Below are positions 28,940-43,150 of a stretch of 64,000 nt of DNA, piece after piece (the first letter of the stretch is position 1; the number at the start of each line of letters is the position of its first letter). Origin of the DNA: the human T2T-CHM13v2.0 reference genome, Homo sapiens; NCBI RefSeq assembly GCF_009914755.1, contig NC_060928.1, one strand, 5' to 3'. The notes beneath the pieces are model-generated. The model saw only the letters and a program-made list of their open reading frames with translations, was not told where the DNA came from and did no database searches. The translations under genes were made by a program, and so were the position numbers.

Positions 28940-31900
28940 ATTTATTTATTTTTTCTAAATAGACTTTTTTTTTTTAGAGTAGTTTTGGGTTCACACCAAC
29001 ATTGAGTGGAAAGTACAGAGTACTCATATATACTCTGTCTTCAGAAACACACAACCTCCCCAGCTGTTAACATCCTGTGGGAGAGTGATACATTTGTTAC
29101 AATCTATAAACCTACAATGACACATAATTATCACCCAAAGTCCATAATTAACATTAGGGTTAACTCTTGGTATTGTACATTCTGTGGGTTTGGATGAATG
29201 TGTAATAACATATATCTACCATGATACTGTCGTACAGAATAGTTCCACTGCATTAAAAATCCTTTGTGCCATCCCTGTTCATTTCTGCCTCCTCTGTAAC
29301 CAGGTGTTAACCTGGCAACTGATCCTTTTACAGTCTACGTAGTTTTGCCTCTTTTGGAATATCCTATACATTCCTATGCAGTGTTCCTGTAGTTGGAATA
29401 ATGCAATATGTAGCTTTTCCAGATTGGCTTCTTTCATGTAGTAGTATGCATTTAATATTCCTCCATGCCTTCTCATAACTTGATAGCTTATTTCCTTTTA
29501 GCACAGAATAATATTCCATTGTCTGGACCTACCTCAGTTTACCCATTAACCTACTGAAGGACATCTTGGTTGCTTCCAAGTTATGAAGACTGTGAATAAA
29601 GCTTCTGGGAACATCTGTGTGCAAGTTTTTTGTGGATATAAGTTTTCTATTCCTTTTGATAAATATCCAGGAATGCAATAGCTGGAACCTGTGGTAAGAG
29701 TATTTTTAGTTTTCTGAGAGTTTATTTTTGCAACTTCCAAACTGTCTTCAAGAGTGGTTGTACCATTTTTTACCCCATCAGCAGTGAATAAAAGTTTCTG
29801 TTGCTTCACAGCTTCATCAGCCTTTGGTGTTGGCAACTTTCCTGATTTTGGCCATTCTAGTGGGTGTGTAATGGTATCTTATTGTTTTCATTTGCAGTTC
29901 CCTAATAATATATGATGTTGACCATCTTTTCATATGCTTATTGTTTGTGTATTTTCTTTGGTGAAGTGTTTGTTCAGTTTTTGGCCTATTTTTTAATCTG
30001 CTTGTTTTCTTGTTGAGTTTTAAGAATTCTTTGTATGTTTTGGATAACAGTCTTTATCACATGTGTCTTTCGTAGACACTTTCTCCCAGTCTGTGGCTTG
30101 CCTTCTCATTTTCTTGATGTCGTCTTTTACAGAGCAGAAGGTTTTTGTTTTAATAATGGCCAGCTTATCAGTTGTTTTATTTGTGGATGATGTCATTGCC
30201 ATTGTACCTAAATAGTCATTTCCATACCCAAGGTCATCTTGGTTTTCTCTTATGCTGTCTTCTAGGTGTTTTATAATTTGTGTTTTACATGTAGGTCTGT
30301 AATCTACTCCGAGTCAGTTTTTGGAAGAAGTGTAAGGGATGTGTCTAGATTCATTTTTTTTGCATGTGGATGTACACTTGTTCCAGCATCATTTGTTAAA
30401 AGGACCATCTTTGCTCCCTTGTATTGCCTTTGCTACTATGCCAAAGATTAGCCAGCTGTATTTATGTGGGTCTATTTCTAGGCTCTCTGTTCTGTTCTGT
30501 TGGTACTTTTTGTGTGTGTCTCTGTCTCTCTCTCTCTTTTTTCTTTTTTTTTTTTTTTTGGTCACTACCACACTGTTTTGATTACTGTCGCTTTATAGGA
30601 AGTCTTGAATTTGGATAGTGTCAGTCCTGCAACTTTGTTCTTTTCCTTCAATATTGAATTAGCTATTTTGGATCTTTTGCCTCTCAGTATAAACTTTATA
30701 ATGGGTTTGTCAATATTCATAGAATAACTTGTTGGGGTTTTGGTTGGGATTGCATTGAATCTGTGGATCAAGTTGAAAAGAATTGACATCTTAACAGTGT
30801 TGAGTCTTCCTTTCCATGAGTGTGGAATATCTCTCCATTTATTTAGATTTTCTTCAGTTTTCTTTCATTGGTGTTTGTATTTTTTCTCATATAGATTTTG
30901 TACACATTTTGTTAGAGTTATAACTCATTTTTTTGGGGTGCTAATATAAATGATAATGTGTTTTTAATTTGAAACACTTTTTAATTGCTGATATATAAGA
31001 ATGCAGTTACTTCATAGGTTAACCTTGTATCCTGCAACCTTGCTATAATTGCTTATTAGATTCAGGAGTGGTTTTGTTGATAATTTCACACTTTTTACAT
31101 AGATGATCACATCATCTGCAAAGACACTTTTATTTCTTCCTCCCCTATCTGTACCTTTTATTTCCCTTTCTTATGTAGTGTGATGTTGAAAAGGAATGGG
31201 CAGAAGGGTCATCCTTGCCTTGTTCTTAATCATAGCAGAAAAGCTTCTAATTTCTCACCATTAAGTGTGATGTTAGCTGTAGGTTTTTTGTAGCTGTTCC
31301 TTACCAAGTTAAGGAAGTTCTGCTCTATTCCTGGTTTGCTGAGAGGTGTTTTTTTGTTTGTTTGTTTTTACCAATAATGGGTATTGGATTTTGTCAAATA
31401 TTTTCTTCATCTATTTATATGATTATGAGATTTTTTTCTTCAGTCTGTTGATGAGATGGATTAAATTAATTGATATAATGTTACATCAGTTGTAACATCA
31501 ATTGTAATGTAATGTTTTCAAGTGTTAAACTAGCCTTGGGTACTTGGAATAAATCCCACTTTATAATGGTATATAATTATTCTTTTTTTTTTTTTTCTTT
31601 TTTTTTTAAGAGACAGGGTCTCACTCTGTTGCACAAGCTGGAGTGTAGTGGCACAATCATAGCTCACTGCATTCTTGAACTCTGGGCTAATGTAATCCTC
31701 CCACCTCATAATTATTTTTACATGTTGTTAGATTTGATTTGGTAAGATTTTGTTGAGGATTGTTGCATCTATGTTTATGGGCAATATTTGTCTGTAGTTT
31801 TCTTTTTTTGTGATATGTTCGTTTGGTTTTGGTATTCGTCTAATTGTGGCTTCATAGAATGAGGAAGTATTCACTCTGCTTCTATTTTTTAAAAGAGATT

Positions 31901-32603
31901 AGAGAACTGGTGTAATTTTTTCCTTAAATGTTTGGTTGAATTCACCAGGAAACGATCTGGGTTTTGTGCTTTCTGTTTTGAAAGGTTATTAATTATTTAT
32001 TTAATTTCTTTAACTGACACAGGCCTATTCAATTTGTTTATTCTTGTGTGGGTTTTGGCAGATTGAAGTTTTTAAGGAATTTATTCATTTCATCTAGGTT
32101 TTCAAATTTTGGGCCATAGGATGTCTTAGTTTTTTAAAATTATCCTTTTAATATATATAGATCTGTAGTGATGTGTCCTCTGTCATATCTGATATTAGGA
32201 ATTTATGTCTTTTCTCTTTTTTTCGTAGATAGCCTGGCTACAGGCTTATTGATTTTATTGATTCTCTGAAAGGACCAACTTTTAGTTTCATTGTTTTTTT
32301 CTCTTTTGACTTCCTATTTTAGATTTCATTGATTTCTGCTCTAATTTTTATTATTTCTTTCGTTCTGCTTACTTTAGCTTGCTCTTCTAGTTGCTTAAGG
32401 TGAAAGCTTAGTATTGATTTTAGATCTTCTCTAATATATACTCTCAATACTATAAGTTTTGCTTTAAGTACTGCTTTCTCTGCATTGACAAATTTTGATA
32501 AGTTCTATTTTCTTTGTATATTTATAGACAATAGAACTTTGATAAGTTCTATTTATATATTTATAGATATATATCTATAAAACTAGTGTATATATGTAAA
32601 TAG

Positions 32604-32652
<49 letters not shown>

Positions 32653-35600
32653 AGAGAGAGAGACAGAGACAGAGACAGGGTCTTGCTCTGCTGTCCACAC
32701 CTCAGTGCAGTGGTGTGATCACAGCTCACTAAGGCCTCAACCTCCCTGGCTCGAGTGATCCTCCTGTCTCAGCCTCCCAACTAGCTACAACTACAGACAT
32801 GCATCACCAAGCTTGACTACATTTATTTTATTTTTTATGGAGATGGGGTCTCACTCTGTTGCCAAGGCTGGTCTCAAACTCCTGGCTTCAAGAAATCCTT
32901 CCACCTCGGCCTCCCAAAGTTCTGCGATTACAGGCGTGAGCTACTGCACCCGGCCTAAAAATATTTTAAAATTTCTCTTGAAGTTTCTTTTTTTTTCCTT
33001 TGTATTACAAGTGTGTTGTTCAGTCTTTTAAGTATTTTGGAATTTTTTTTTTTTAGCTGTTTGCTGTTGACTTTCAGTTTAATTCTATTTTGGTCTGAAA
33101 GCAGACATTCTATGATTTCTTTTAAATTTGTTCATGTGTGTTTTATGGACAAGAATGTGGTCTATCTTGATGAATATTCTGTCTGAGTTTATGAAGAATG
33201 TGTTGGCTGTTGCTGTATGAATTAGTGTGTAGATATAAGTTATATCCAGTTGAATTGTGATTTAGTTCAACTATGTTCTTATTGATTTTTTTGCCTGTTG
33301 GATCTATTTCTAATAAAGTGATGTTGAAGTTTTCAGCTATAATAGCGTATTCATCTGCTTCTCCTTATAGTTCTATTAGTTTTTGCCTCACGTTTTGCTG
33401 ATTTGTTGTTAGATGCATACACGTTAAGGATTGTTCTGTCTTCTTAGACAATTTACCCTTTTATCATTATATAATACCCCTTTTGGTCTCTGAGAATTTT
33501 GCATGCTTGAAGTCTACTGTGTCTGGAATCAATATAGCTACTCCAGCTTTCTTTGGCTTAGTGTTAGCATTGTATGTCTCTCTTCATTTTTTTTACTTTT
33601 AAGCTATATTTGTTTTTGTTGGTAAAGTGGGTTTCTTGTAGGCAATATATAGTTAGGTCTTATTTTTTTATTCATTCAATCTCTGTTCTTTAATTGGTGC
33701 ATTTAGGCCGTTGATGTGTAAAGTGATTATTGATATAGTTGGATTAATATCTACGATATTTGTTACTGTTTTCTATTAGTCGCCTTTGTTCTTCATTCCC
33801 ATTTCTTCTTCTCTTTCATGGCTTTAATTGAGCATTTTATGTTATTTTATTTTATCTCTTTTCTTAGACTGTTAAGTTTTTTGGGTTTTTTTGTTTGTTT
33901 GTTTTTCAGTTGTTACCCTAAGTTTTGCAATATATTTCTACTTTCAAATAGCCCTATTCACTTCACAGGTAGTGCAAGTACCTTATAATAAAAAAAATTC
34001 CTAAGTTATCCTTCTCATGTCCCTTGTATCATTTTTGTCATTCATTTCACTTGTCCGTAAACTATAGGTATCAAATACATTGTTGTTATTTTGAACAAGC
34101 TTTTCTTAGATCAGTTAAAAGTAGGAAAAATTAAAGTTTTTATCTTCTTTATTTCTTCTTTCTCTTTCTTTATATAGATCAAAATTTCTGACCTATATTT
34201 TCTTCTTTCTGAAGAACTTTAAACATTTCTTGCAAGGCAGGTCTACTGGCAACAAATTCCTTATTTTTATTTGAGAAAAATTTTCTCCTTCATTTTTGAA
34301 GGATGTTTTTGCAGGATATAAAATTATACATTGGTGGGTTTTTTTCTCTCAATAGTTTAAATATTTCGCTTCACTTTCTTTTTGCTCACATGGTTTCTGA
34401 GGAGAAGTTAACGTAATTCTTGCTCTTCTGTAAGTAAGGTGGTCCCCACCCCTCGACATATGACTTCTTAAAGGTTTTTTAAAAATCTTTGATTTTCTGC
34501 CTATGTGTAGCTTTTTGTTTGTTTGTTTGTTTTTACATTTATTCTGCTCAGTGTTCACTGGACTTCCTGGATGTGTATCTGACATTAATTTGGGGAAATT
34601 CTCAGTGAATGTTTCTTCAAATATTGGTTCTCTTCTTTCTTCTTTTGGTGTTGCTATTACACATGCTACACCTATTTGCTTCATAGTTCTTAGATATTTT
34701 GTTCTGTGTGGTTTTATTATTTTTTTTTTAAATCTAGTCCAGTATTTTGTTTTCATAAAGTTTTCCTTATCCTTGCTTTTCAGTTTTGGAAGTTTGTATA
34801 TACATATCCGTAAGTGCAGAGATTCTTTCCTCAGCTGTTTCCGGTTGACTAATGAGCCCATCAGATGTAATCTCTATTTCTGTTACAGTGTTTTTGATCT
34901 CTAGCATTTCTTTTTTATAGCATTTCTTTTTGATTCTTGCTTAGAATTTCCATCACTCTGCTTACATTACTCATCTTTTCTTACTTGTTGTCTACTTTGT
35001 CCATTAGAATCCTTAACATATTAATCATAGTTTTTTAAAAATTCCTGGTCTGACACTTCTAGTGTTTCTGCCACATTTGACTTTGCTTTTGATGTGTACT
35101 CAATTTCTTCAAACTGTGTTATTTCTGTCTTCGTAGGCCTTGTAATCTTTCTTTGATAGCCAGACATGATATATGGGATAAAATGAATTGCAGTAAATGA
35201 GGCTTTAGTTATATAATGGTAAGGTGTTGGGGGGAGTATGGGAAGGAGTGTTCCATGGTCCTGTGATTAGGTCTGAGTCTTTTAGTGAGTCTATACCCTT
35301 GGACTGTGAACTTCACAATTTTCTCCTGTTAGGTGGGACAGGATGGCTAGATGGAGCTGGAGTTTTTTATTTTCATTCTCCCATGGGAAAGGCTAGAGAG
35401 GGCTGAAGTTGGGTATTTCTCTTCCTCTGGGTCAGTTGGTGTCTAATAAAACCTCAATAACATAAGCTCTGGGAAAAAATATTTTCTCTTGAGGAGCAGG
35501 CCTTTTTAAGAAGAGAATGCTCTAGTGTATTTCACAATGGGTACTTTTCCTTCCTCCTGCCAGAAGCACAGGGTAATTTTTCTCAGATCTTCACTGTGAG

Positions 35601-35957
35601 AAGCTGGTGTAGTTGCTGAAGATAAAACTCACAAATGTGTGAGGGACCCCGCTCTATGACTCTCAGACTTGTCAAACACTGAACCCCCAGCAGTTTGTTA
35701 ATTGCATTTCCAGTTGTCCTACCCTGGCACTGGCTCTCATGGAGGTTTCTCTTTGTGGGTTTCCGCTCCAGAAAGTTGTGATTTTCTGTACCTGGGCTGT
35801 CTGTCTCTCCAATTTTGGGGGCAGTGATTTGCCCTGTGACCTTACTAATATGATGTATCTAAGAAGAGTTGGTTTTTCAGTTTGTTCAGCTTTTTACTTG
35901 CTGTTAGGACAGAGCGAAGACTTCCGAGCTCTTAACGTTCTGGACCAGAAATTGGAA
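28940..35957 (-). mobile_element. Near full-length ancient L1MC (~7 kb; 3'UTR, degraded ORF2, ORF1, 5' end) with FLAM (~31581-31707) and AluJ (~32660-32955) insertions
   Basis: L1MC 3' end ttttagagtagttttgggttcac; ORF2-like peptides (IHRFNAIPTK, YKATVIKTVW); ORF1-like ENFPKLMSDT; L1MC/MD-type 5' end near 35955. Confidence 0.82.
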
Positions 35958-35974
35958 CAATGCTGTCCTTTTAT

Positions 35975-36345
35975 TGTCTCTTCTCTACACTGCAGGCAGC
36001 CATGGTGTTTCTCAAAAACACAAATCTGATTAGGTCATGTCTCTAGTTGAAACATCCCATTAACTGTAGCATAAAATCCAAACTCCATGATTTGGATAAC
36101 AAGGTCTTTGTTTTCAGCCTTGGTTTATTTTTCTGTACTATCTTTTATAATACATTTTCACTTTACTGTTATGCTGAGCCATTGTGCACTTTATCCAGTT
36201 TTTAGTATTCTGTGTTCTCTCTCTTTCCCTCCTTTCACCCTTTGCTTGCCTGATACCCACCAAGTTTTTAGGTTTTACCTTAGAAACCATCTTTCTTATG
36301 ACAGCCCACCTTGACTCTCCTGAGACCTGTCCATATTACCTTCCT
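35975..36345 (+). mobile_element. L2 fragment, probably continuing the L2 at ~28070-28925
   Basis: acacaaatctgattaggtcat, ataaaatccaaactcc. Confidence 0.55.
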
Positions 36346-36551
36346 GAGTTTTTTCTGGTATAGAATCACAAGTGATTAGCAGAGTAGATACAATTAAAGG
36401 CCTCCGATGTAATTTATTGGCAGCCTGAAATATTTACTATGCTTGTAGTAATTATGAAAGACCTCCTAAAGCTTTTGCCAACTGTGTTTCTACTTGACAG
36501 TTAAACTCCCACGTGGAAAAGTTATATTATGGAGATTCTTTTGAAGGATGT

Positions 36552-36935
36552 TGATAGTGTTTGGCTCTGTGTCCCCACCCAACTCTCATGTCAAATTGTA
36601 ATCCCCGTAGGTTGGAGGAGACTCCTGGTGGGAGGTGATTGGATCATGGGGGCAGATTTCCCCCTTTCAGTTCTCATGATAGTGAGTGAGTTCTCATGAG
36701 ATCTGATGATTTAAACGTGTGTGGCACTTCCCCCTTCGTGCTCTCTCTCTCTCTCCTCCTGCCATGTGAAGAAAGTCCTTGCTTCCTCTTCTCCTTCAGC
36801 CATAATTCTTAGTTTCCTGAGGTCTCCCGGTCATGCTTGCTGTTAAGTGGAACTGTGAATCAATTAAACCTGTACTCTTCATAAATTACCCAGTCTCAGT
36901 AGTTCTTTATAACAGTGTGAGAACGGTCTAATACA
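36552..36935 (+). mobile_element. MST (MSTA-like) solo LTR
   Basis: TGA..TACA termini, TSD GATGT/GATAT. Confidence 0.85.
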
Positions 36936-37605
36936 GATATAGAATCCATTTGTTTATAGTGTTCAATGTTTATTCTTACGTAGAGTCAAAAAAGCAAATT
37001 TGTGTACCGGCAGAGTAGCTACCTGCAAGAATTAGTGCCCAAAACAGTTCTCATTGACTTTGCAAGTACTCTTTGGTCCCATATATTTTAAATACTGGAG
37101 AAAACCATGTTAAATTAATAAATTAGCGTTGTGATTTGTATGACAACCTCATGTGCATTTGATTAGTGTGAGTTAGAGGCTATTCTCCTGTGGATACACT
37201 AAGTCAAATTTTTGAACTTATAAGTCTAAATACTTAACTAAATACTTTAACTTATAAGTCTAAATACTGTCATTTAGAGATGCTGATTACCTTATTATTA
37301 AATATATTACATGATGATTATACTGAGGTGTGCTTCTTTGTCACAGGTGCTAACAAAGTTATTGGGTGTGTATCTCCTTCTACTTTACGTCCTCTTCCAC
37401 CCAAGTGCATCTAATTGAATTTACATGTTTAATACGCTTACAATGCTGTGTTACTCTATAATTGTCCACTCAGTTGTTTATTACATATTTATCAATTCCA
37501 AATAGGTCTTGGAGGAAATCCAAGCTATTGCTAATGAGAATTATTTTGCACATTTTGACTGTGTGATACAGGGTTTTGTTCATTAGTAGGATCTGTTGAG
37601 TTTAC

Positions 37606-37906
37606 TTCTTTTTTTTTTCTTTTTTTGGGACAGAATCTCACTCTGTTGCCCAGGCTGGAGTGCAGTGGCGTGATCTCCGCCCACTGCAACCTCCACCTCC
37701 CAGGTTCAAGGTATTCTCATGCTGCGGCCTCCTGAGTAGCTGGGATTACATGTACATACTACCACACCTGACTAATTTTTTTATTTTTTTTAGTAGAGAC
37801 GGGGTTTCGCCATGTTGGCCAGGCTGGTCTTGAACTCCTGGCCTCAAGTGACCCACCTGCCTCGGCCTCCCAAAGGTTTTACAGACGTGAGCCACTGCGC
37901 CTGGCC
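37606..37906 (-). mobile_element. AluSx/Sz
   Basis: Antisense dimer, TSD gagttta(c/t)ttctt. Confidence 0.88.
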
Positions 37907-38570
37907 CGAGTTTATTTCTTAAAAACTTATATTTAGTAATTTTTTTGTGGTCAAAGGACATGAAGTTAAAGGATAGTGTGTTTAGAACTGGCTTTGTAAT
38001 GGACTTGGTACGTAAACCAAAGGAAAAAAAACTAGCCTGCTTTCTTTGCCTGTTTCTCAAGAAATCGGGATTGTGGTGATTACCTACCTTCTGATGTGTT
38101 TTAAAAATATTCTTAATATTTATGAAGAAACATCAGAAATATCCTAGTTGCTGTGGATGCGTAATGAGTTTTTTATTTCACATAGACTTTAGGTTTCATG
38201 TGAGGAATGGGTTTGCATCTTACTCAGTTTTTTATTCTAATTTCTGTCAACATATTTACCATGTAGAATATAAACATTGATTGAACAATTCTCTATGTAT
38301 TTGATGAACTATTTTAAATAATCTTATATCTTGTTTTCCAGTGCTTTTATTTCTGACATTTATTTAAATATTTTTGTTTTGGAATGAAAATGAACATGGT
38401 TGATGATAGAGGAAAATAAATGATTTGAATACAGTTTGTTTTGAGATATGATAATGCAGTAAATAAAGTCTCAAATGCATACTTCATATTTGAAAATAGA
38501 CATGATTTCTCTTGTTATAGACTATAGAACCTTTAAAAATTAATAGATAATAGTATTTGAAGATAAGTAA

Positions 38571-38756
<186 letters not shown>

Positions 38757-38849
38757 TAAAATCAAGAACTGGCTTGTTTGATTTTATCAGGTTTTTGTTT
38801 TTGTCAAATTACTTTCTAATCAGTATTTCATTTAGAGGATATTGAAGAA

Positions 38850-39314
38850 TGTAAAGCAGGTTCACTGTGGACTGGTTACCATCTTGTCTGAGTCTGGTAA
38901 GACAGAACATTCTTGCATACAAGTTATACAAAGCAAGTTTACCACTTCTGGATAGGCAGCAAGATACAACAGAAGCCTAGGATTCATTGCAAGCTAGTCT
39001 CTCAAGGTTCAGGAAAACTGCCCTGGGTGAATGGAATCTTGACTGCATATGCCCCACTTGCACTGCAGCTGAGGGCCTCTGGAAAGCACCCTGTTCCAGG
39101 TTTTATACACTGAGTATGTGAGACTCACTGGGCTAAAGTGTTGGAGGACATCCTGTTTTTAGGGGAGGACTGGAGTAGAACCTGGGCTGTTCCAGCCGGT
39201 CCCTCCCTGTCTCAGGATGTTGCATTTCCTGCACATGCTACAGTTATTCTTGAGAGCTACGATGGGAGAGAGAGAACTTGGTCATTCCAAGACCACCCAG
39301 AGAGCTGTCCTACA
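38850..39314 (-). mobile_element. ERVL-class solo LTR (LTR47-like), 120 bp downstream of the exon
   Basis: TG..CA termini, TSD AAGAA/AAGGA, minus-strand TATAAAA at ~39101. Confidence 0.65.
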
Positions 39315-40555
39315 AAGGATCTTAAACTAAAGGAAATGAAGAGAACAAAGGAAAGCTTTTATTTACATTTTTATTGCTTATGATTCAGTATTAATGAAAC
39401 TATTTCATAACTCTTCAATATCTACTCCCCAATCTTGTATCTTACTTTTAGCATATTTCTCTAGAGAATTGAAGTTTTGAAATTCTTTGTTTCATCTAAT
39501 TTATTCTTCCAGAGTTTTCAACATTTTCATCTATACGAAGGTACATTCTAGCTATTTAGCAAGTACTAGTTAGACTCCAGTTGCCATCAACACAAGAACT
39601 TTGAAGAAGTACTGTCCTAATTGTTGTTTTTAAAGTAATTAGAATAAAAATAATGGATTATTCTATTTTTTTAAGAAGTTAGTCAGGCTGTCACATTAAA
39701 TTAAGTAGTATAGGTGCAAAACCAGTCTTTTTAAACTATTACTACCACTTTTTCCCTAGGTCATAATTTAATAAAGGAGTTCAGTAATTTAAGTTCCTCA
39801 TCTATATCTAATATGTAATATTTTATAAGGATTTAAGTTGAGTAAACATTTGCTCTCAGAGCGTGAACCAGTTTCTCTTTTTTGTTGTTGCTGGCATTAT
39901 TGCCTTGTGTATGACTTTATGAGCTACTTTCTTCCTGTGTACATATACACATTCTTTCAGTTTTAAAAGATGTGATTTTTAAAAAAGACCCCTTTGAATG
40001 TAACTATTATGTGGCAAGAAAGCCTTGCTTTGGTTAGGTATTTTGCTATGTGATAAAGATCCTTTGGTAAAATTCAGGAAAGCTTTGGACCTTAAAAAAT
40101 CATTCCCTTCCTGATGCAGTATTTTATTAGAAGATAGGTGAGTTCTGAGTATTTATAGAATCTGGGTTGGTGTTAAGGCATCTCTGAAGTCTATACAAAG
40201 TATAAGACTGTATCTTAACAAGGACTGTAGAAACTGCTGAAAGAGCCCTTAAAGTTTACCTAATTCTGCCTCTGGTTTCACAAATAAAGGGTGCTGAATC
40301 CAGAAAAATCTTTCTCCTGGTAAGAATTCATTGTATTTTTATGATATTTATTTCCTGGTTTCCCTGTGGTTAATAAGCTCTAAAATGTCTTAGGATTTTT
40401 GTCACTACGGCTTAATCTAATAGTAGCCTTCTTTGGCTTCCTAATGTTGGGTGTCCTCGATATTAGATATATTTCTTGAAGTAGGATGTAAGGCTTACAG
40501 TAAACTTAACTGCATTTTTCTAAATCAAGCTGTCTGACTTGGCCTGTTTAGTGCT

Positions 40556-41112
40556 TGTATTGTTGTTTTCTTTCTGTGTAACAAATTACCACAAATTTAG
40601 CAGCTTCGCACCCATTTGTTAGTTCACATTTCTTAGGTTAGAATGTGGGCACAGCATGACTAGTTTGTCTGCTCAGGATTTAAACTAAAGACTGAAAACA
40701 CAGTGTTGGCTAGACTGCATTCGCATTAGGAGCTCATGTTTCTAAACTCACATGATTGTGGCACAGCTCACTTGTGATTGGGGCTGAGAACTAAAGACTG
40801 AATTTCCTTACTTGATGTCAGCTAGGAGCCACTCCCAGCTCCTAGAGACTACCCACATTCCTTGCCACACAGCCCCCTCCTCCATCAGAAACAGCAATGG
40901 AAAACTCCATTATGTTTTATCCCTGTCACACTTCAAATTTCCTTTGCCAGGAAATTTGTCCCTTTGGAGGGCTCATCTAATGAGGTTAGCCTTATTGAGG
41001 AAAAATCTCTGGACCTTGAAGTCAGTTGATTAAGGATCCTGCAAAAGCCCTTCGCAGTAGCACCTAGATTAGCATTTGATTGAATAAGTGGGAGAAGATA
41101 TGTTTCTATCAG
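40556..41112 (-). mobile_element. MLT1 LTR
   Basis: tgtaacaaattaccacaaatttagcagctt. Confidence 0.7.
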
Positions 41113-41114
41113 GG

Positions 41115-43058
41115 TGATACAGGACAGGCCAGCCCCAGAATTGGGACATAGCCTAGGAGGGTTCTTTGCTACCCCCAGGAAAGAATTCAAGAACTTGCTG
41201 GGGGTGTTAGACAGCAATCTTTTATTGATTGGTACTGCCCGTTGTGGTGCAGGGCTAACTCATAAGCAGTGCACCCAGAGTTGGCAAGGTGTGGGCTTTT
41301 GGCAACTGTATTTATACTCACTTATGCCCACTTTCATTTACATGCAAATTAAAGGGTGAGTTAACACAAATTGATTCTATGAAAGGGTAACTTCTGGGTC
41401 ACTGCCATGGAAACGGGTGGTAACTTTTGAGTCATTGCCATGACATTTGTCAACTGCCATGGTTCTGGTGGCAGTGTCTTATGCCAATGAGCATTGAGCG
41501 CAGCTAGAGATCGCTTTTGTTGCCATCTGCTGGCTTTGGCCAGTTTCTTCACTTTGCCCCATGTGGACTAGATCCTGTTTTGTTCAGCAGAGTTTTTCAC
41601 CAGAAAACAAGTCTTGTTGGTCTCCTACCTTATTCCCCCCTCAGAGATTAGAAACTCCTCCTTAATCTTAAAGGGCTGCAGATGGGCACAGGTCTATCTT
41701 CTGTAAGTGCTTTCTGCTGATTTTATAAACATAGGCTCTGCCTAGCATGGGAGGAGTAAAAATCTCTGGATACCTGATCTAAGGAGCCCAACAGCAGGAT
41801 ATTTTCATTTTCTGGGTCAGAAGATAAGATGAGTTGGAAGCCTTGTGCCAGCATCATCTTTATGTTGACTTTAGAAGATACAAACTTTAGTAGGAGGTTA
41901 AACAAGAAAATTACAATTATAAGGAAGAGAAAACTTAATGCTCCTATGCCCACCCACAGCATCACATTATTTATCTGTGTGTTTGTGAAATAATAGCTTT
42001 AAGTCTTCTAGAGGTTTGTAAGTTATGGTGTCTTCCTCTTATGCCTGCAGCGACTTGCAAGAAACAGGTTTAATCCTGGACAGCTGTATCCAGCTAGTGA
42101 TTCTCTAATGTTTGACAGCAGTGGAGGTCCTTAACAATACCTGATAGGGGTCCTTCCATTTTGGGTTGTAATTGATCATCAGGGGATCTTTCTTTTTAAG
42201 TTCTTAGTAAGACTAAGTCTGGTTAAACAGAGGAACTATTTTTTTCTTTGTGGGAAACGGCAACACTTTATTTTCATAATTTTGAAAGGCCTTTTGAACC
42301 TGGCCTAAATTCCAAGAGCCGGGGTGGCATAGTGAAGTCTGTCCAACCCCCTATTTCCCATCATGGCTTGAATTAGTTTTTTAGGTTTCTGTAGGATTTC
42401 CTTTGGCCGGGGAACGTGTAAGTCAAAAGACTTATAGCCAATTAAACATTTTAGGCCAGAGAGGAATGGAGGTGGCTTAAAACATTTTAAGCAATATAGG
42501 AGTCAAATATTAAAAGCCAAAAATAAGATTATATATCAAGAAAAACCAAGAGCATCAAATCAAGCTATACTGGGGGAAAAGTGTTCCTGTAGATCTCTAA
42601 GGCAAAACACTCTAGTATCAGGCCATAACAGCAGTCAGAACCAGAGGAGAAACAAGTCACAGGAGCTGACAAAAAAGCTAAAGGAAAGAGTTACACAAAT
42701 CTGAGAAGCTTTCAAAAGAAATAAATCACAGAATTGAAAAAGCAAAAATTCTGGTAAGTTAGCAAATTAATACCTTAAGAAAAGCTGGCTCTAACACCTA
42801 GACCATTTTCTAGAAAGTCTACCACGAACAGTTTTCCTTCAGTCACAGCCAGCTTAATCACACACAAAACTCCCCTCACAAATTCCCTTTCACAAACCCC
42901 ATTATCACCCACACAGACCATCCATGACATGTCTGGACCTTGTGACCTGTCCTACACCATCTCCCTCTCAAACAACCAGTTACTTTACTCTAGGACAAGA
43001 ATCCACCATGCAAGGTCCCTCATACAAAATCACTTTCTTTATATCCCTCCCCACAAAA

Positions 43059-43109
<51 letters not shown>

Positions 43110-43150
43110 ATATATATATATATCTTTTATCCACACTTTCCTCACATCCC
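41115..43150 (-). mobile_element. Partial ERV1 (MER66/MER4-group): 3' LTR 41115-41632, PPT, and internal remnants (env TM tail, integrase C-terminus)
   Basis: PPT complement ttcccccc at 41633; ORF 41723-41965 has a hydrophobic anchor plus LFNLLLKFVSS; minus-strand tggaaggaccctatcaggt (W.GPY-like) at ~42140-42158. Confidence 0.7.
43055..43123. repeat. A/TA/TG microsatellite
   Basis: Seen directly. Confidence 0.85.

Noticed and set aside
41723-41965. Captured env (syncytin-like) gene
   Set aside because: Only a short TM/cytoplasmic-tail remnant is present, with no SU or fusion peptide ORF.
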